NCBI GenBank assembly: GCA_951406725.2 | Contig: OX597814.1 | Coordinates: forward strand, 5,518,001 to 5,582,000 | Source: Octopus vulgaris | Lineage: Eukaryota | Direction: 5' to 3' | DNA length: 64,000 nt | Shown: piece by piece, positions 12,054-64,000 of the stretch | How the letters are laid out: every line of letters begins with the position of its first letter | How positions within the stretch are numbered: the stretch's first letter is position 1 | Notes under the pieces: model-generated | Told to the model about the DNA's origin: nothing | The model's input: the letters and a program-made list of their open reading frames with translations, nothing else | Databases searched by the model: none | Position numbers and translations under genes: made by a program

Positions 12054-13132
12054 GAACTTTACCAATTCCCATCTTGCAAAGACAAACACCAGCCTTGATT
12101 ACATTTTATTATAACAAACATGTCACAGGACATAAAAAACAATTTCCATTGTTGTACACTTCATACACAGAAAAGAAGAAATTATTTTCCCGACAACCTA
12201 AAATATGATAACAGCAGATTTGAAACAAAAAATATAAAACATAATAAATTAAAATAAAAATTTCAACAAATTATTGTATTTTTTTCAAATTTTTGTTCAA
12301 TATGTTATATTTCTTTATTTCTAATTTCATCTATCTCTACAATGGCAGTAAAAGTGATTTCATATATTCTTTATACATTATTTGTAAATATTTCCACTTG
12401 TCAAGAATTATTCCAGTCTATTAGAGAGTTCAAGAAATCTAAAAGATGAAGGACAAAAACAAAAATAACTAATCTACAAATAATAAAAAACAAAAAAAAA
12501 AGAGTCATAAAATCCATGAAAATATAAAGAGAAAACAAAATCAAAAAAATAACAATGTGAGAATCAATCTGTAGTTATTTCAAGAAATAATAATAATAAT
12601 AATCCCCCTCTTTTTTTTTCTTTTTTGTTTTTTTTTTTGGTAATGAAAATAAGATAAATTAAGAGTCAGAATGGCAGAGTTGTAAGTGTTTAAGTGAGAA
12701 GTGTGACAGTCTGGAATCTCTTCAGAGGCAGGAAGAAACAGAAATAAATAGCATTATTATTATTATTCAAGTAATGGCAAGCTCTGCTTACCTTTTCTGG
12801 TTCAGATGTTCTTTTATTTATTTATTTATTTATTTTTTAGTGTTTTTTCTTTTTGTCCTTTTCAAAAACAAAACAATTTGGCCAAGTAATTTTAAACTTT
12901 TTTTTTTTGTTATTTTATTTAAAATACCAATTTCCTTTGCCCATAGCTGTTATATTTGGTTAAAGAGTGACAGTTAGGACCAATCAAGGAGAATTAATAA
13001 AGCGTACATCAATCTTCTTCAATTCCCAAACAATTCTCTTTTTCTTCTTTTCCTTTCTTGGAAAAAAAAAAAGAACAGAAGGAAATCCTGGGACTTAATT
13101 CTTGACTTTTTTTCTTTTCTTTCCCAAGTGGT

Positions 13133-13172
<40 letters not shown>

Positions 13173-13541
13173 GCCTCACTGCTGACCAATATATAACTCA
13201 AATACTCACAACAAACATTACAATCGTTCATATTTATTATTCGAATGAGACTTCTAAACAACAGACCTCATTCGGTTCGGTAGTCTATGGTTTTTGTTTT
13301 TATATTGAAATCTATGCTGCAATGGTGCCAGAAGTAAAAGATGGTCTGGCTGAAAGAAATGTTCATTAAGCTAACAAAAAGAAAAAAAAAAGAACAATGG
13401 AAGAAGAAACAAGGGGGAAAAGGTCTGGAAGCCTGAAGGAGGAGGAGGAGGAGACAGTATTGAGATAAAGAGTCCAAAAGTAAGATTATTGAAGGAGGAG
13501 AAGAAGAGAAAGAGAAAGAGGGCAAGAAAGATGTTTGTTCC

Positions 13542-53944
<40,403 letters not shown>

Positions 53945-54209
53945 CTGCAGCAGAAAAAGAAAATAAGATATTTTAAATATTTCATTTAACAGCTATATTG
54001 TCTTGTTATATTTTTAATTAAAAGCTATAATGTCTAATTAGGAATTTAGTAATATGGAGTTAACCTTCATATTTCATCAATAAAATTTTTTTAAAAAACA
54101 AGCAAAACGATCAAGAAAATATTTTAACTTTCAACAAAAAATTATGTTTTATGAGAGAAGTGGAGGCAGTCTGCTCTGCCGGAACCTCAGTGTGCTTGGA
54201 TGGCAAAGT

Positions 54210-54480
54210 GGAAATGTGTTGAGAGAAAAGGTTGGGCATGAGAGGAATCGAATGTAGCTTGCAAGAGAGGAGACTACATTGGTTTGGAGATGTGATGCGT
54301 ATGAATGAGGACAGCTGCATAAAGAAGTGCAGATCACTGAGAGTGGATGGTACCTGTGGAAGAGGGAGAACCAGGAAGACACGGGATGAAGTGGGAAGGA
54401 CCGATCTCAGGATGTTGGGCCCCATGGAGAAAATGACAATGTACTGAGATGTCTGGTGATATGAAGTTCTTGAGAAGATC
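54210..54480 (+). mobile_element. RTE RT C-terminal fragment
   Basis: LQERRLHWFGDVMRMNEDSCIKKC...GRGRTRKT. Confidence 0.75.
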
Positions 54481-57400
54481 TGCCCATGTCAGCAAAACTG
54501 AATTCTAGAAGCACTGTGTGTCCCACCCACATATAACAAGAAAACTTTTCACACACCCTACCCCGACAAACCTAAATATATCTCTTCTCCTTCATGCGCT
54601 ATACCCACCTCTCACTTCCCAACCCTATCCTCAGGGCTCTGTTCACTGTATCATTGCTATCTAGCAGCCCTCCACCCCCTCTGTGTACCCAGGTTTTCAC
54701 CACTCCCTACATTCCCCACCCCCACTCTCTACTCACTTTTCTTTAGCAATGTCCTACCATTCATAACCTCGGTGCCTCAAGGGCAATACCTTGGCACTTG
54801 CCACCATCATCACTCTCTCCCTATACTTGACCATCCCATTCATATTCTGATCCCTGTCCCTTGTGAGTATGCCCAGCACACTTTGCCACCATCTCTATCC
54901 TGATATCTCCCACTCTCCCTCCTCTTGCACATCCCTCAGGCTGGGTAACCATGTATCTGCTTTACAGCAGTACACCTGTTTCTCTCCTCATCTCTCTCTG
55001 TCTCTCTCTCCAGCTGGCTCAGTAACCTCGTACCTCCTCTACAGCAAAACACCTGTTTCTTTCTCACTATAACTTTTCAACATCTGACACAAGATCCCCT
55101 CCTCCAATGCCCCCTCCCCTCTCAAAGAATCCTTGTCTTGCAAGTTGCTTGGTAACCTTGTCTGTGCTGGTGCCACTTAAAAAGCATCCAGTCCACACTG
55201 TAAAGTGGTTGGCATTTGGAAGGGCATCCAGCTGTAAAAACCAAGCCAAACCAGACACAGAAGTCTGGTGCAGGCTTCTGCCTAGTCAGTGCCTGGTCAA
55301 ACCGTCCAACCTATGCCAGCATAGAAGGTGGACATTAAACGATGATGATGAATGACATGCATTAAAGAGTACTTTATTTTAATTAACATTCTCAGAATCA
55401 ATCCAACTGTGTCTCACCTTGGGCAGGTGTCTTCAACTAGTCCCAGCCTAACCAAAGATTTGCGAGTGGACTTTCTAGATGGAAACTGAAAGAAGCCCAT
55501 TATGATGTGTGTAGGCGTGTGTGTATAAGTGGATGTTAAACGATGATGATGATATATATACACACACACACACACATATATATCGTTACCAGTGTCGCCT
55601 TACTGGCACTTGTGCCACTGACACATGAAAAACATCTGAGCGAGATCGTTGCCAGTGCAGGTGGACTGGCTCCAGTGCAGGTGGCATGTAAAAAACACCA
55701 TTTGAGCGTGGCCATTGCCAGTACTGACTGATTGGCCCTCATGCTGGTGACACGTAAAAGCACCCACTACACTCTCGGAGTGGTTGGCATTAGGAAGGGC
55801 ATCCAGCTGTAGTAAGCCTGGTGCAGCCATCTGGTTCGCCAATCTTCAGTCAAACTGTCCAAACCATGCTAGCATGGAAAGTGGACGTTAAACGATGATG
55901 ATGATCATGATCATCATCATCATCATCATCATCATCATTTTAACACCCACATATCAATGCTCAGATGGGTTGGAAGGTATTTGTCAAAGCAGATGTTTTG
56001 TAGCTTGATGCCCTTCCTGTCACCAAGCCTCGCCTTTTTCCAAGGTCATACTTCCCCCTATCAAGAATGTTTCCATGGAAATGTAAGACACCACTTGTAT
56101 GACAGTAACACTGATTTACAAGAGAAAAAGAGAAGAAGGGGTGAAGATAGTCTCTTAACAGCTGTTTCAAAGAACAGATGCACAAATGAACAATGGCTAT
56201 CCATACAATAGTGACCAATTCCATCATTGGGACAGCTACTGTTCATTTGTAGGGAAATGCACTATATGCCCACCTGTTCTTCGAAACAGCTGTTAAACAA
56301 CTATCTGCACACCTTACTTCTCTTCTTTCTTTGTGATTTATTCTCTTTTAACAACTCAACCCTTATTTTTAAAAATATATCACGATCTAACCTGATACAA
56401 GTTTGTCTGCATGTTTAAAAGTTTATTCTATTATACTTGTACCTGTTTAACTGTGTTTAACTGGTAAATCACCAACAGCCAATCATTGTTAGACAGCTAA
56501 CAACTCTGTTTAGTTGCAGTTCTTGCTTGAACACTAACAGCATGTATTTAATTACCTGAATTCCATTTGATATATATCATCATCATTACTTATGTCTGGA
56601 CTACTGACATACATATACATATACATGCCTATTATACATACATGTGTGTATGTATGTGTGTGTAGGCACAAGTATAGGAAGAAGCTTGCTTCTCAATCCC
56701 ATGGTTTGGAGTTCAATTCCACTGCATGGCATGTCTGGCACAAAGCTTTATGAGTGGATTTGGTATAGGGAAACTGAACGAAGCCCACTGTATATACATG
56801 TATTTGTGTGTGTTCACAATACTGTCTCCTTGCCTTCATTTCACATGATAGTTGTAAATGAGTGCCACTGTCATGGAAGCAAGAGCCTTTTGTTTCAATC
56901 TTCCACAAAAATGTGCGGGCCCTGGGGTGGGGTGGGGGAATAATACCTTGCCTAGGAGCAAATGAGAGTTGGTGACAGGAAGGGCATCTGACCATAGAGA
57001 AGTCTGAGGTGGAACATGTCATCAAGAAGATGAGAAAACGTAAAACTCCAAGGTCAGATACAATAGCATGTGAAATGTTAGAAGCGCCAGAAGATTATGG
57101 CAGTAAAAAACTCACAGACCTTTTCAATGACATCTATGAGTCTGGATACTTCTCTCGTGACTTCAAAGCGGAAAAATCCTAAGGTCAATGAGTACTCTGA
57201 CTGCAAGGCTACCAGCCTCATGTCTTATGCTCTTAAAATATTTCTACCAAAAGTCACAGCAGTCGGGTGCAGGCTTCTGCCTGGCCGGTTCTTGTGAAAC
57301 CATCTCACCCACGCTAGCATGGAAGGCAGACGTGAAATGATGATGATGATAACCTTACCAGGAAGAATAAAAATCAAAATGCAGAAGTCAGTGAGGAGTG

Positions 57401-57526
57401 ATTTGGATTTAGAACTGAGATAGAAAAGCATACGCAAGTAGAGAGAGATGTATTTGCTTGCTTCAAAGTATTTGCTTGCAGTCAAAGTATTTGACTGCAT
57501 ACAGCATACAGAGCTGAGAAAGAAAG

Positions 57527-58747
57527 GATATTATGACCACCTGTGTTATATTGGAACCAAAATTGGATATTATAACCACCTGTGTTATATTGGAACCAAA
57601 ATTGGATATTATAATTGGAAACCACCTGTGTTATATTGGAACCAAAATTGGATATTATAACCACCTGTGTTATATGGAACCAAAATTGGATATTATAACC
57701 ACCTGTGTTATATTGGAACCAAAACTGGATATTATAACCACCTTGTTATATTGGAACCAAAATTGGATATTATAACCACCTGTGTTATATTGGAACCAAA
57801 ATTGGATATTATAACCACCTATGTTATATAGGAACCAAAATTGGATATTATAACCACCTATGTTATATTGGAACCAAAATTGGATATTATAACCACCTGT
57901 GTTATATTGGAACCAAAATTGGATATTATAACCACCTGTGTTATATTGGAACCAAAATTGGATATTATAACCACCTATGTTATATTGGAACCAAAATTGG
58001 ATATTATAACCACCTGTGTTATATTGGAACCAAAATTGGATATTATAACCACCTATGTTATATTGGAACCAAAATTGGATATTATAACCACCTGTGTTAT
58101 ATTGGAACCAAAATTGGATATTATAACCACCTGTGTTATATAGGAACCAAAATTGGATATTATAACCACCTGTGTTATATTGGAACCAAAATTGGATATT
58201 ATAACCACCTATGTTATATTGGAACCAAAATTGGATATTATAACCACCTGTGTTATATTGGAACCAAAATTGGATATTATAACCACCTATGTTATATTGG
58301 AACCAAAATTGGATATTATAACCACCTGTGTTATATTGGAACCAAAATTGGATATTATAACCACCTGTGTTATATTGGAACCAAAATTGGATATTATAAC
58401 CACCTGTGTTATATTGGAACCAAAATTGGATATTATAACCACCTGTGTTATATTGGAACCAAAATTGGATTATAACCACCTGTGTTATAACCACCTGTGT
58501 TATAACCACCTGTGTTATATTGGAACCAAAATTGGATATTATAACCACCTGTGTTATATTGGAACCAAAATTGGATATTATAACCACCTGTGTTATATTG
58601 GAACCAAAACTGGATATTATAACCACCTATGTTATATTGGAACCAAAATTGGATATTATAACCACCTGTGTTATATTGGAACCAAAATTGGATATTATAA
58701 CCACCTGTGTTATATTGGAACCAAAATTGGATATTATAACCACCTGT
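57527..58747. repeat. 39-bp minisatellite, ~31 copies
   Basis: Unit TATAACCACCTGTGTTATATTGGAACCAAAATTGGATAT. Confidence 0.97.
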
Positions 58748-61369
58748 TAAGAGACAGGCTTGGAAGGTCTGGAAAAATTGGGGTAGCAGGGGATTGTATC
58801 AGACTGCCAGAAGAGAAGCTAGGAGACAGGTTTATTTAGCCAGAGGGGAAGCAGATAAGAAAAAATTTGCCAATGTTCTGCGCCGTGAGGACCAAAGACT
58901 GGAGGTGTTTCGTGTTGCAAGACAGTGTGTGAGAGAGAATCGTGATGTGGTAGGAGAGAAGTGTGTTCGCATGGAAGATGGTTCACTTGCGCTAAATGAG
59001 GATGCAAAGAGAGAGGTTTGGAGATGCCACTATGAAAGGTTGCTGAATGAAGAAAATGAATGGGATAAAGAGAGTCTGCCGAATGTTGACCCAACAGAGG
59101 GACCAGCTATCCGAGTTGATAGTTCCGTGGTAGCTAAGGCAATTAGAAGCATGAAGACAGGGAAAGCCCCAGGCCCATCAGGAATCACTGCAGAGATGCT
59201 CAAAATGTCTGGTAGTGTCGGCTATAGCCTAGTCACCCGTATAGTTAATCAGGTGATACACAAAGGGGTCATACCCAATGACTGGTGTAGCAGTATAATA
59301 GTCAACTGCTACAAAGGTAAAGGTGATGCCCTAGATACAAATAACTACAGAGGTATCAAGCTGTTGGACCAGGTGATGAAGGTTACGGAGAGGGTCATAG
59401 CCCAACTAATTAGAGAGAGAGTTAGTTTAGATGAGATGCAGTTTGGGTTTGTGCCAGGGAAAAGTACTACTGATGCTATATTCCTGGTAAGGCAGCTGCA
59501 GGAGAAATACCTAGCCAAAGATAAGCCCCTGTACCTGGCTTTTGTTGACATGGAGAAAGCCTTCGACAGGGTCCCCCGATCCCTTATCTGGTGGGCAATG
59601 AGGAAACTAGGGATAGATGAATGGTTAGTGAGAGCTGTGCGGGCCATGTATAGGGACGCCGCTAGTAGGGTGAGGGTTGGAAATGTGTACAGTGAAGAAT
59701 TCCGGGTAGAGGTAGGGGTCCACCAAGGCTCAGTACTCAGCCCCCTCCTATTTATCATAGTCCTCCAGGCAATAACGGAGGAATTCAAGACAGGATGCCC
59801 TTGGGAGCTCCTCTATGCTGATGACCTTGCTCTAATTGCTGAGTCGCTATCAGAACTGGAGAAGAAGTTTCAGGTGTGGAAGCATGGTTTAGAATCGAAG
59901 GGCCTCAGAGTCAATCTAGCTAAAACCAAAGTCGTAATCAGTAGGAAGGTAGACAAATCACAAACACCTTCAGGTAGATGGCCCTGCTCGATCTGTAGAA
60001 AAGGTGTAGGTAGAAACTCTATAAGATGCACCAAGTGTAAGCTATGGACACATAAGAGGTGCAGCAATGTCATAGGAAGGCTAACTAGGAAGATGGTTTT
60101 TTTTGTATGTGGCAGATGCTCAGGAACAATAAACACTGAAAATGCTCTGAGACCAACTTCCGTCACTTTCCAGGGAGAAAAACTAGAAATAGTTGATAGT
60201 TTCCGTTACCTAGGTGACCAAGTCAGCAGCGGGGGCGGGTGTGCTGAAAGTGTAACTGCTAGAGTAAGAATAGCTTGGGCAAAGTTCAGAGAGCTCTTAC
60301 CTCTGCTGGTGACAAAAGGCCTCTCGCACAGAGTGAAAGGCAGACTGTATGATGCGTGTGTACGAACAGCCATGCTACATGGCAGTGAAACATGGGCCGT
60401 GACTGCTGAGGATATGCGTAAGCTCGCTAAAAATGAAGCCAGTATGCTCCGATGGATGTGTAATGCCGGTACTCACACTCGGCAGAGTGTAAGTACCTTG
60501 AGAGAAAAGCTGGACCTAAGAAGCATCAGTTGTGGTGTGCAAGAGAGACGTTTGCGCTGGTATGGTCATGTGGCGAGAATGGATGAAGATAGTTGTGTGA
60601 AAAAGTGCCACACCCTAGCGGTTGAGGGAACCTGTGGAAGAGGCAGACCCAGGAAAACCTGGGACGAGGTGGTGAAGCACGACCTTCGAACTTTAGGTCT
60701 CACTGAGGAAATGACTAGAGACCGAGACCTCTGGAAGTGTGCTGTGCGCGAGAAGACCCGGCAGGACAAGTGAGTCCATAACCCGTGGCCTTCTACATGG
60801 GATGGAGCCGGCCTACGTATGCATACCTTCCCTTCTTGGGACACAAAACTCTACTTGTGAAGACGTGTTGAGGCAAGTGAGGATCAGAATCGAAATCGAT
60901 CAATGGAAATTGCGGATGTGCTACCAGTGCCGGTGGCATGTCAAAACTCTGCTTGTGAAGACCCGTTGAGGCAAGTGAGGATCAGAATCGAAATCGATCA
61001 ATGGAAATTGCAGATGTGTTACCAGTGCCGGTGGCATGTAAGAGAACTTTCCGTTTCGCGACCGTTGCCAGCACCTCCCCGTTTCGTGTCCGTTGCCAGC
61101 CTCGCCTGGCCCTCGTGCCGGTGGCACATAAAATGCACCATCCGTTCGTGGCCGTTTGCCAGCTCTGTCTGGCACCAGTGCGGGTGGCACGTAAAAAGCA
61201 CCCACTACACTCACGGAGTGGTTGGCGTTAGGAAGGGCATCCAGCCGTAGAAACACTGCCAGATTTGACTGGGCCTGATGAAGCCTTCTGGCTTCACAGA
61301 CCCCAGTAGAACCGTCCAACCCATGCTAGCATGGAAAACGGACGCTAAACGATGATGATGATGATGATG
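58748..61369 (+). mobile_element. Young 5'-truncated RTE-clade LINE with 3' UTR and (GAT)n tail
   Basis: Uninterrupted RT ORF; structured 3' UTR; (GAT)n at ~61351-61369. Confidence 0.93.
58794..60773 (+). CDS. RTE-clade non-LTR reverse transcriptase (partial ORF, 659 aa, lacks APE)
   Basis: GKAPGPSG, NYRGIKLL, QFGF, FVDMEKAFDRV, GVHQGSVLSPLLF, YADD (59814-59825), [13 protein letters not shown]; embedded C4HC3 finger. Confidence 0.92.
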   Translation: MYQTARREARRQVYLARGEADKKKFANVLRREDQRLEVFRVARQCVRENRDVVGEKCVRMEDGSLALNEDAKREVWRCHYERLLNEENEWDKESLPNVDPTEGPAIRVDSSVVAKAIRSMKTGKAPGPSGITAEMLKMSGSVGYSLVTRIVNQVIHKGVIPNDWCSSIIVNCYKGKGDALDTNNYRGIKLLDQVMKVTERVIAQLIRERVSLDEMQFGFVPGKSTTDAIFLVRQLQEKYLAKDKPLYLAFVDMEKAFDRVPRSLIWWAMRKLGIDEWLVRAVRAMYRDAASRVRVGNVYSEEFRVEVGVHQGSVLSPLLFIIVLQAITEEFKTGCPWELLYADDLALIAESLSELEKKFQVWKHGLESKGLRVNLAKTKVVISRKVDKSQTPSGRWPCSICRKGVGRNSIRCTKCKLWTHKRCSNVIGRLTRKMVFFVCGRCSGTINTENALRPTSVTFQGEKLEIVDSFRYLGDQVSSGGGCAESVTARVRIAWAKFRELLPLLVTKGLSHRVKGRLYDACVRTAMLHGSETWAVTAEDMRKLAKNEASMLRWMCNAGTHTRQSVSTLREKLDLRSISCGVQERRLRWYGHVARMDEDSCVKKCHTLAVEGTCGRGRPRKTWDEVVKHDLRTLGLTEEMTRDRDLWKCAVREKTRQDK

Positions 61370-61534
61370 ATATACGTTTAAATATTTGTTGTGCAAGATT
61401 TTTTATTGGCTAAACTGGCAATATGACCATTCCGAAATATAACAATATATATATATATACATGTATATTTATATATATATATATATACATGTATATTTAT
61501 ATAAATATATATACATGTATATTTATATATATAT

Positions 61535-61576
<42 letters not shown>

Positions 61577-61675
61577 ATATATATACATATATATATATAC
61601 ATGTATACATATATATATATATACATGTATATATATATATACATGTATATATATATACATGTATATATATATATA

Positions 61676-63449
61676 CGACCTTGCTCTAATTGCTGAGTCA
61701 TTATCAGAACTGGAGAAGAAGTTTCAGGTGTGGAAGCATGGTTTAGAATCGAAGGGCCTTAGAGTCAACCTAGCTAAAACCAAAGTCCTAATAAGTAGGA
61801 AGGTAGACAAATCACAAACGCCTTCAGGTAGATGGCCCTGCTCGATCTGTAGAAAAGGTGTAGGTAGAAACTCTATAAGATGCACCAAGTGTAAGCTATG
61901 GACACATAAGAGGTGCAGCAATGTCATAGGAAGGCTAACTAGGAAGATGGTTTTTGTATGTGGCAGATGCTCGGGAGCATTAACCTCTGAAAATCTGCAG
62001 AAAACAACTTCCGTCACTTTCCAGGGGAAAAAACTAGAAGTAGTTGATAGCTTCCGTTATCTTGGTGACCAAGTCAGTAGTGGGGGTGGGTGTGTTGAAA
62101 GTGTAACGGCTAGAGTAAGAATAGCCTGGGCAAAGTTTAGGGAGCTCTTACCTCTGTTGGTGACTAAAGGCCTCTCACTCAGAGTAAAAGGCAGACTGTA
62201 TGATGCATGTGTACGAACAGCCATGCTACATGGCAGTGAAACATGGGCCGTGACTGCTGAGGACATGCGTAAGCTCGCGAGAAATGAAGCTAGTATGCTC
62301 CGTTGGATGTGTAATGTCAGTGTTCATAGTCGACAGAGTGTAAGTACCTTGAGAGAAAAGTTGGACCTAAGAGGAATCAGATGTTGTGTGCAAGAGAGAC
62401 AATTGCGCTGGTATGGTCATGTGGTGAGAATGGATGAAGATAGGTGTGTGAAAAAGTGCCACACCCTGGCAGTTGAGGGGACCTGTGGAAGAGGTAGACC
62501 CAGGAAAACCTGGGTCGAGGTGGTGAAGCACGACCTACAAACTCTAGGTCTCACCAAGGAAATGACCAGAGACCGAGACCTATGGAAGTATGCTGTGCGT
62601 GAGAAGACCCGGCAAGACCAGTGAGAACAATCAAAATCAAATCATATATCAGAAAGCAGGGGTTAAGTGACCCATCCGTTCGTGTCCGCTGTCAGCCTCG
62701 TCTGGCACCCGTGCCGGTGATACGTAAAAGCACCATTCGCTCATGGCCGTTTGCCAGCTCTGCCTGGCCCCGTGTCGGTGGCACGTAAAAGCACCATCCG
62801 TTCGTGTTCGTTGCCAGCCTCGCCTGGCCCCGTGCCGGTGACACATAAAAGCACCGTCCGTTCGTGGCCGTTTGCCAGCTCTGTCTGGCCCCGTGTCGGT
62901 GGCACGTAAAAGCACCATCTGTTCGTGGCCGTTTGCCAGCTCTGTCTGGCCCCCGTGTCGGTGGCACATAAAAGCGCCATCCGTCCGTGTCCGTTGCCAG
63001 CCTCGGCTGACCCACGTGCCGGTGACACGTAAAGCACCGTCCGCTCGTGGCCGTTTGCCAGCTCTGTCTGGCAACCGTGTCGGTGGCACGTAAAAGCACC
63101 ATCCGTTCGCGTCCGTTGCCAGCGTCGGCTGGCCCCCGTGCCGGTGACACGTAAAAGCACCGTCCGTTCGTGGCCGGTTGCCAGCTCTGTCTGGCCCCGT
63201 GTCGGTGGCACGTAAAAGCACCATCCGTTCGTGGCTGTTCGCCAGCTCTGTCTGGCACCTGTGCAGGTGACACGTAAAAAACACCCACTACACTCGCGGA
63301 GTGGTTGGCGTTAGGAAGGGCATCCAGCCGTAGAAACACTGCCAGATCTGACTGGGCCTGACGAAGCCTTCCAGCTTCACAGACCCCAGTTGACCCGTCC
63401 AACCCATGCTAGCATGGAAAGCGGACGCTAAACGATGATGATGATGATG
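61676..63449 (+). mobile_element. Second 5'-truncated RTE copy (starts within YADD) with 3' UTR ~61-bp tandem repeats and (GAT)n tail
   Basis: Open frame to TGA at 62624, highly similar to 59823-60773; flanked on both sides by TA/TACATG microsatellite. Confidence 0.92.
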
Positions 63450-63599
63450 ATATATATATATACATGTATATATATTTATATATATATACATGTATATATA
63501 TTTATATATATACATGTATATATATTTATATATATATATACATGTATATATATATACATATATATGTATGTATATATATATATATGTATATATATATTT

Positions 63600-63970
63600 A
63601 TACTCTTTTACATATTTCAGTCATTTGACTGCCATGCTGCAGCACCGCCTCCAGTTGAGCAAATCGACCCCGGGACTTTTTCTATGTAAGCTCAGTACTT
63701 ATTCTATCGGTCTCTTTTGCTGAACCGCTAAGTGACGGTGACGTAAACACACCAGCATCGGTTGTCAAGCAATGCTAGGAGTCAAACACAGACATACACA
63801 CACACATATATATATACATATATACGACAGGCTTCTTTCGGTTTCTGTCTACCAAATCCACTCACAGGGCATTGGTCTGCCCGGGGCTATAGTAGAAGAC
63901 ACTTACCTAAGATTCCACGCAGTGGGACTGAACCCGGAACCATGTGGTTGGTTAGCAAGCTACTTACCAT
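63600..63970 (-). mobile_element. SINE family B
   Basis: Reverse complement of 22709-23113. Confidence 0.8.
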
Positions 63971-64000
63971 GTATATATATATATGTGTATAGATATGTGT

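Noticed and set aside
56443-56533. Possible further upstream ZER1 exon
   Set aside because: The required phase-2 frame contains a stop; no further ZER1 exon was found in 53945-64000.
57533-58839. 228-318 aa repeat ORFs, or a CRISPR-like array
   Set aside because: 39-bp tandem units with no unique spacers; eukaryotic context with no cas genes; the ORFs follow from the unit length.
61461-61675. N-terminal part of the 387-aa ORF
   Set aside because: Microsatellite read in frame with a truncated RT; not a real start.

Overview
Eukaryotic, AT-rich, repeat-dense genomic DNA. The SINE and LINE families and the gene architecture look like an Octopus (coleoid cephalopod) genome; this is inference from recognised repeat types. 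The only confident host gene is a ZER1 (zer-1 homolog, ZYG11 family) CRL2 substrate receptor on the minus strand. I assembled 15 coding exons by hand (53944 down to 13542). All introns between them are GT-AG and all phases are consistent, giving about 563 codons to a TAA, followed by a ~1.5 kb 3' UTR. The 5' exons were not found in the window. The rest is mostly mobile DNA: RTE-clade LINEs (one 5'-truncated copy with an intact 659-aa RT ORF), many RTE 3' tails, tRNA-derived SINEs, non-autonomous Helitrons, TTAA-flanked piggyBac-type MITEs, a solo LTR, mariner, CR1 and BovB-like fragments, 212-bp and 39-bp tandem arrays and a 1.5-kb (TA)n tract. Most notable: (1) two Penelope-type minimal hammerhead ribozyme motifs in palindromic or TSD-flanked mini-elements; (2) a PHD-type zinc finger inserted inside the RTE reverse transcriptase; (3) a segment at ~6.75-7.54 kb, next to the 212-bp array, that reads as exons split by 26-47 nt GT-AG micro-introns, resembling dicyemid (cephalopod kidney parasite) gene structure. 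Item 3 is speculative.
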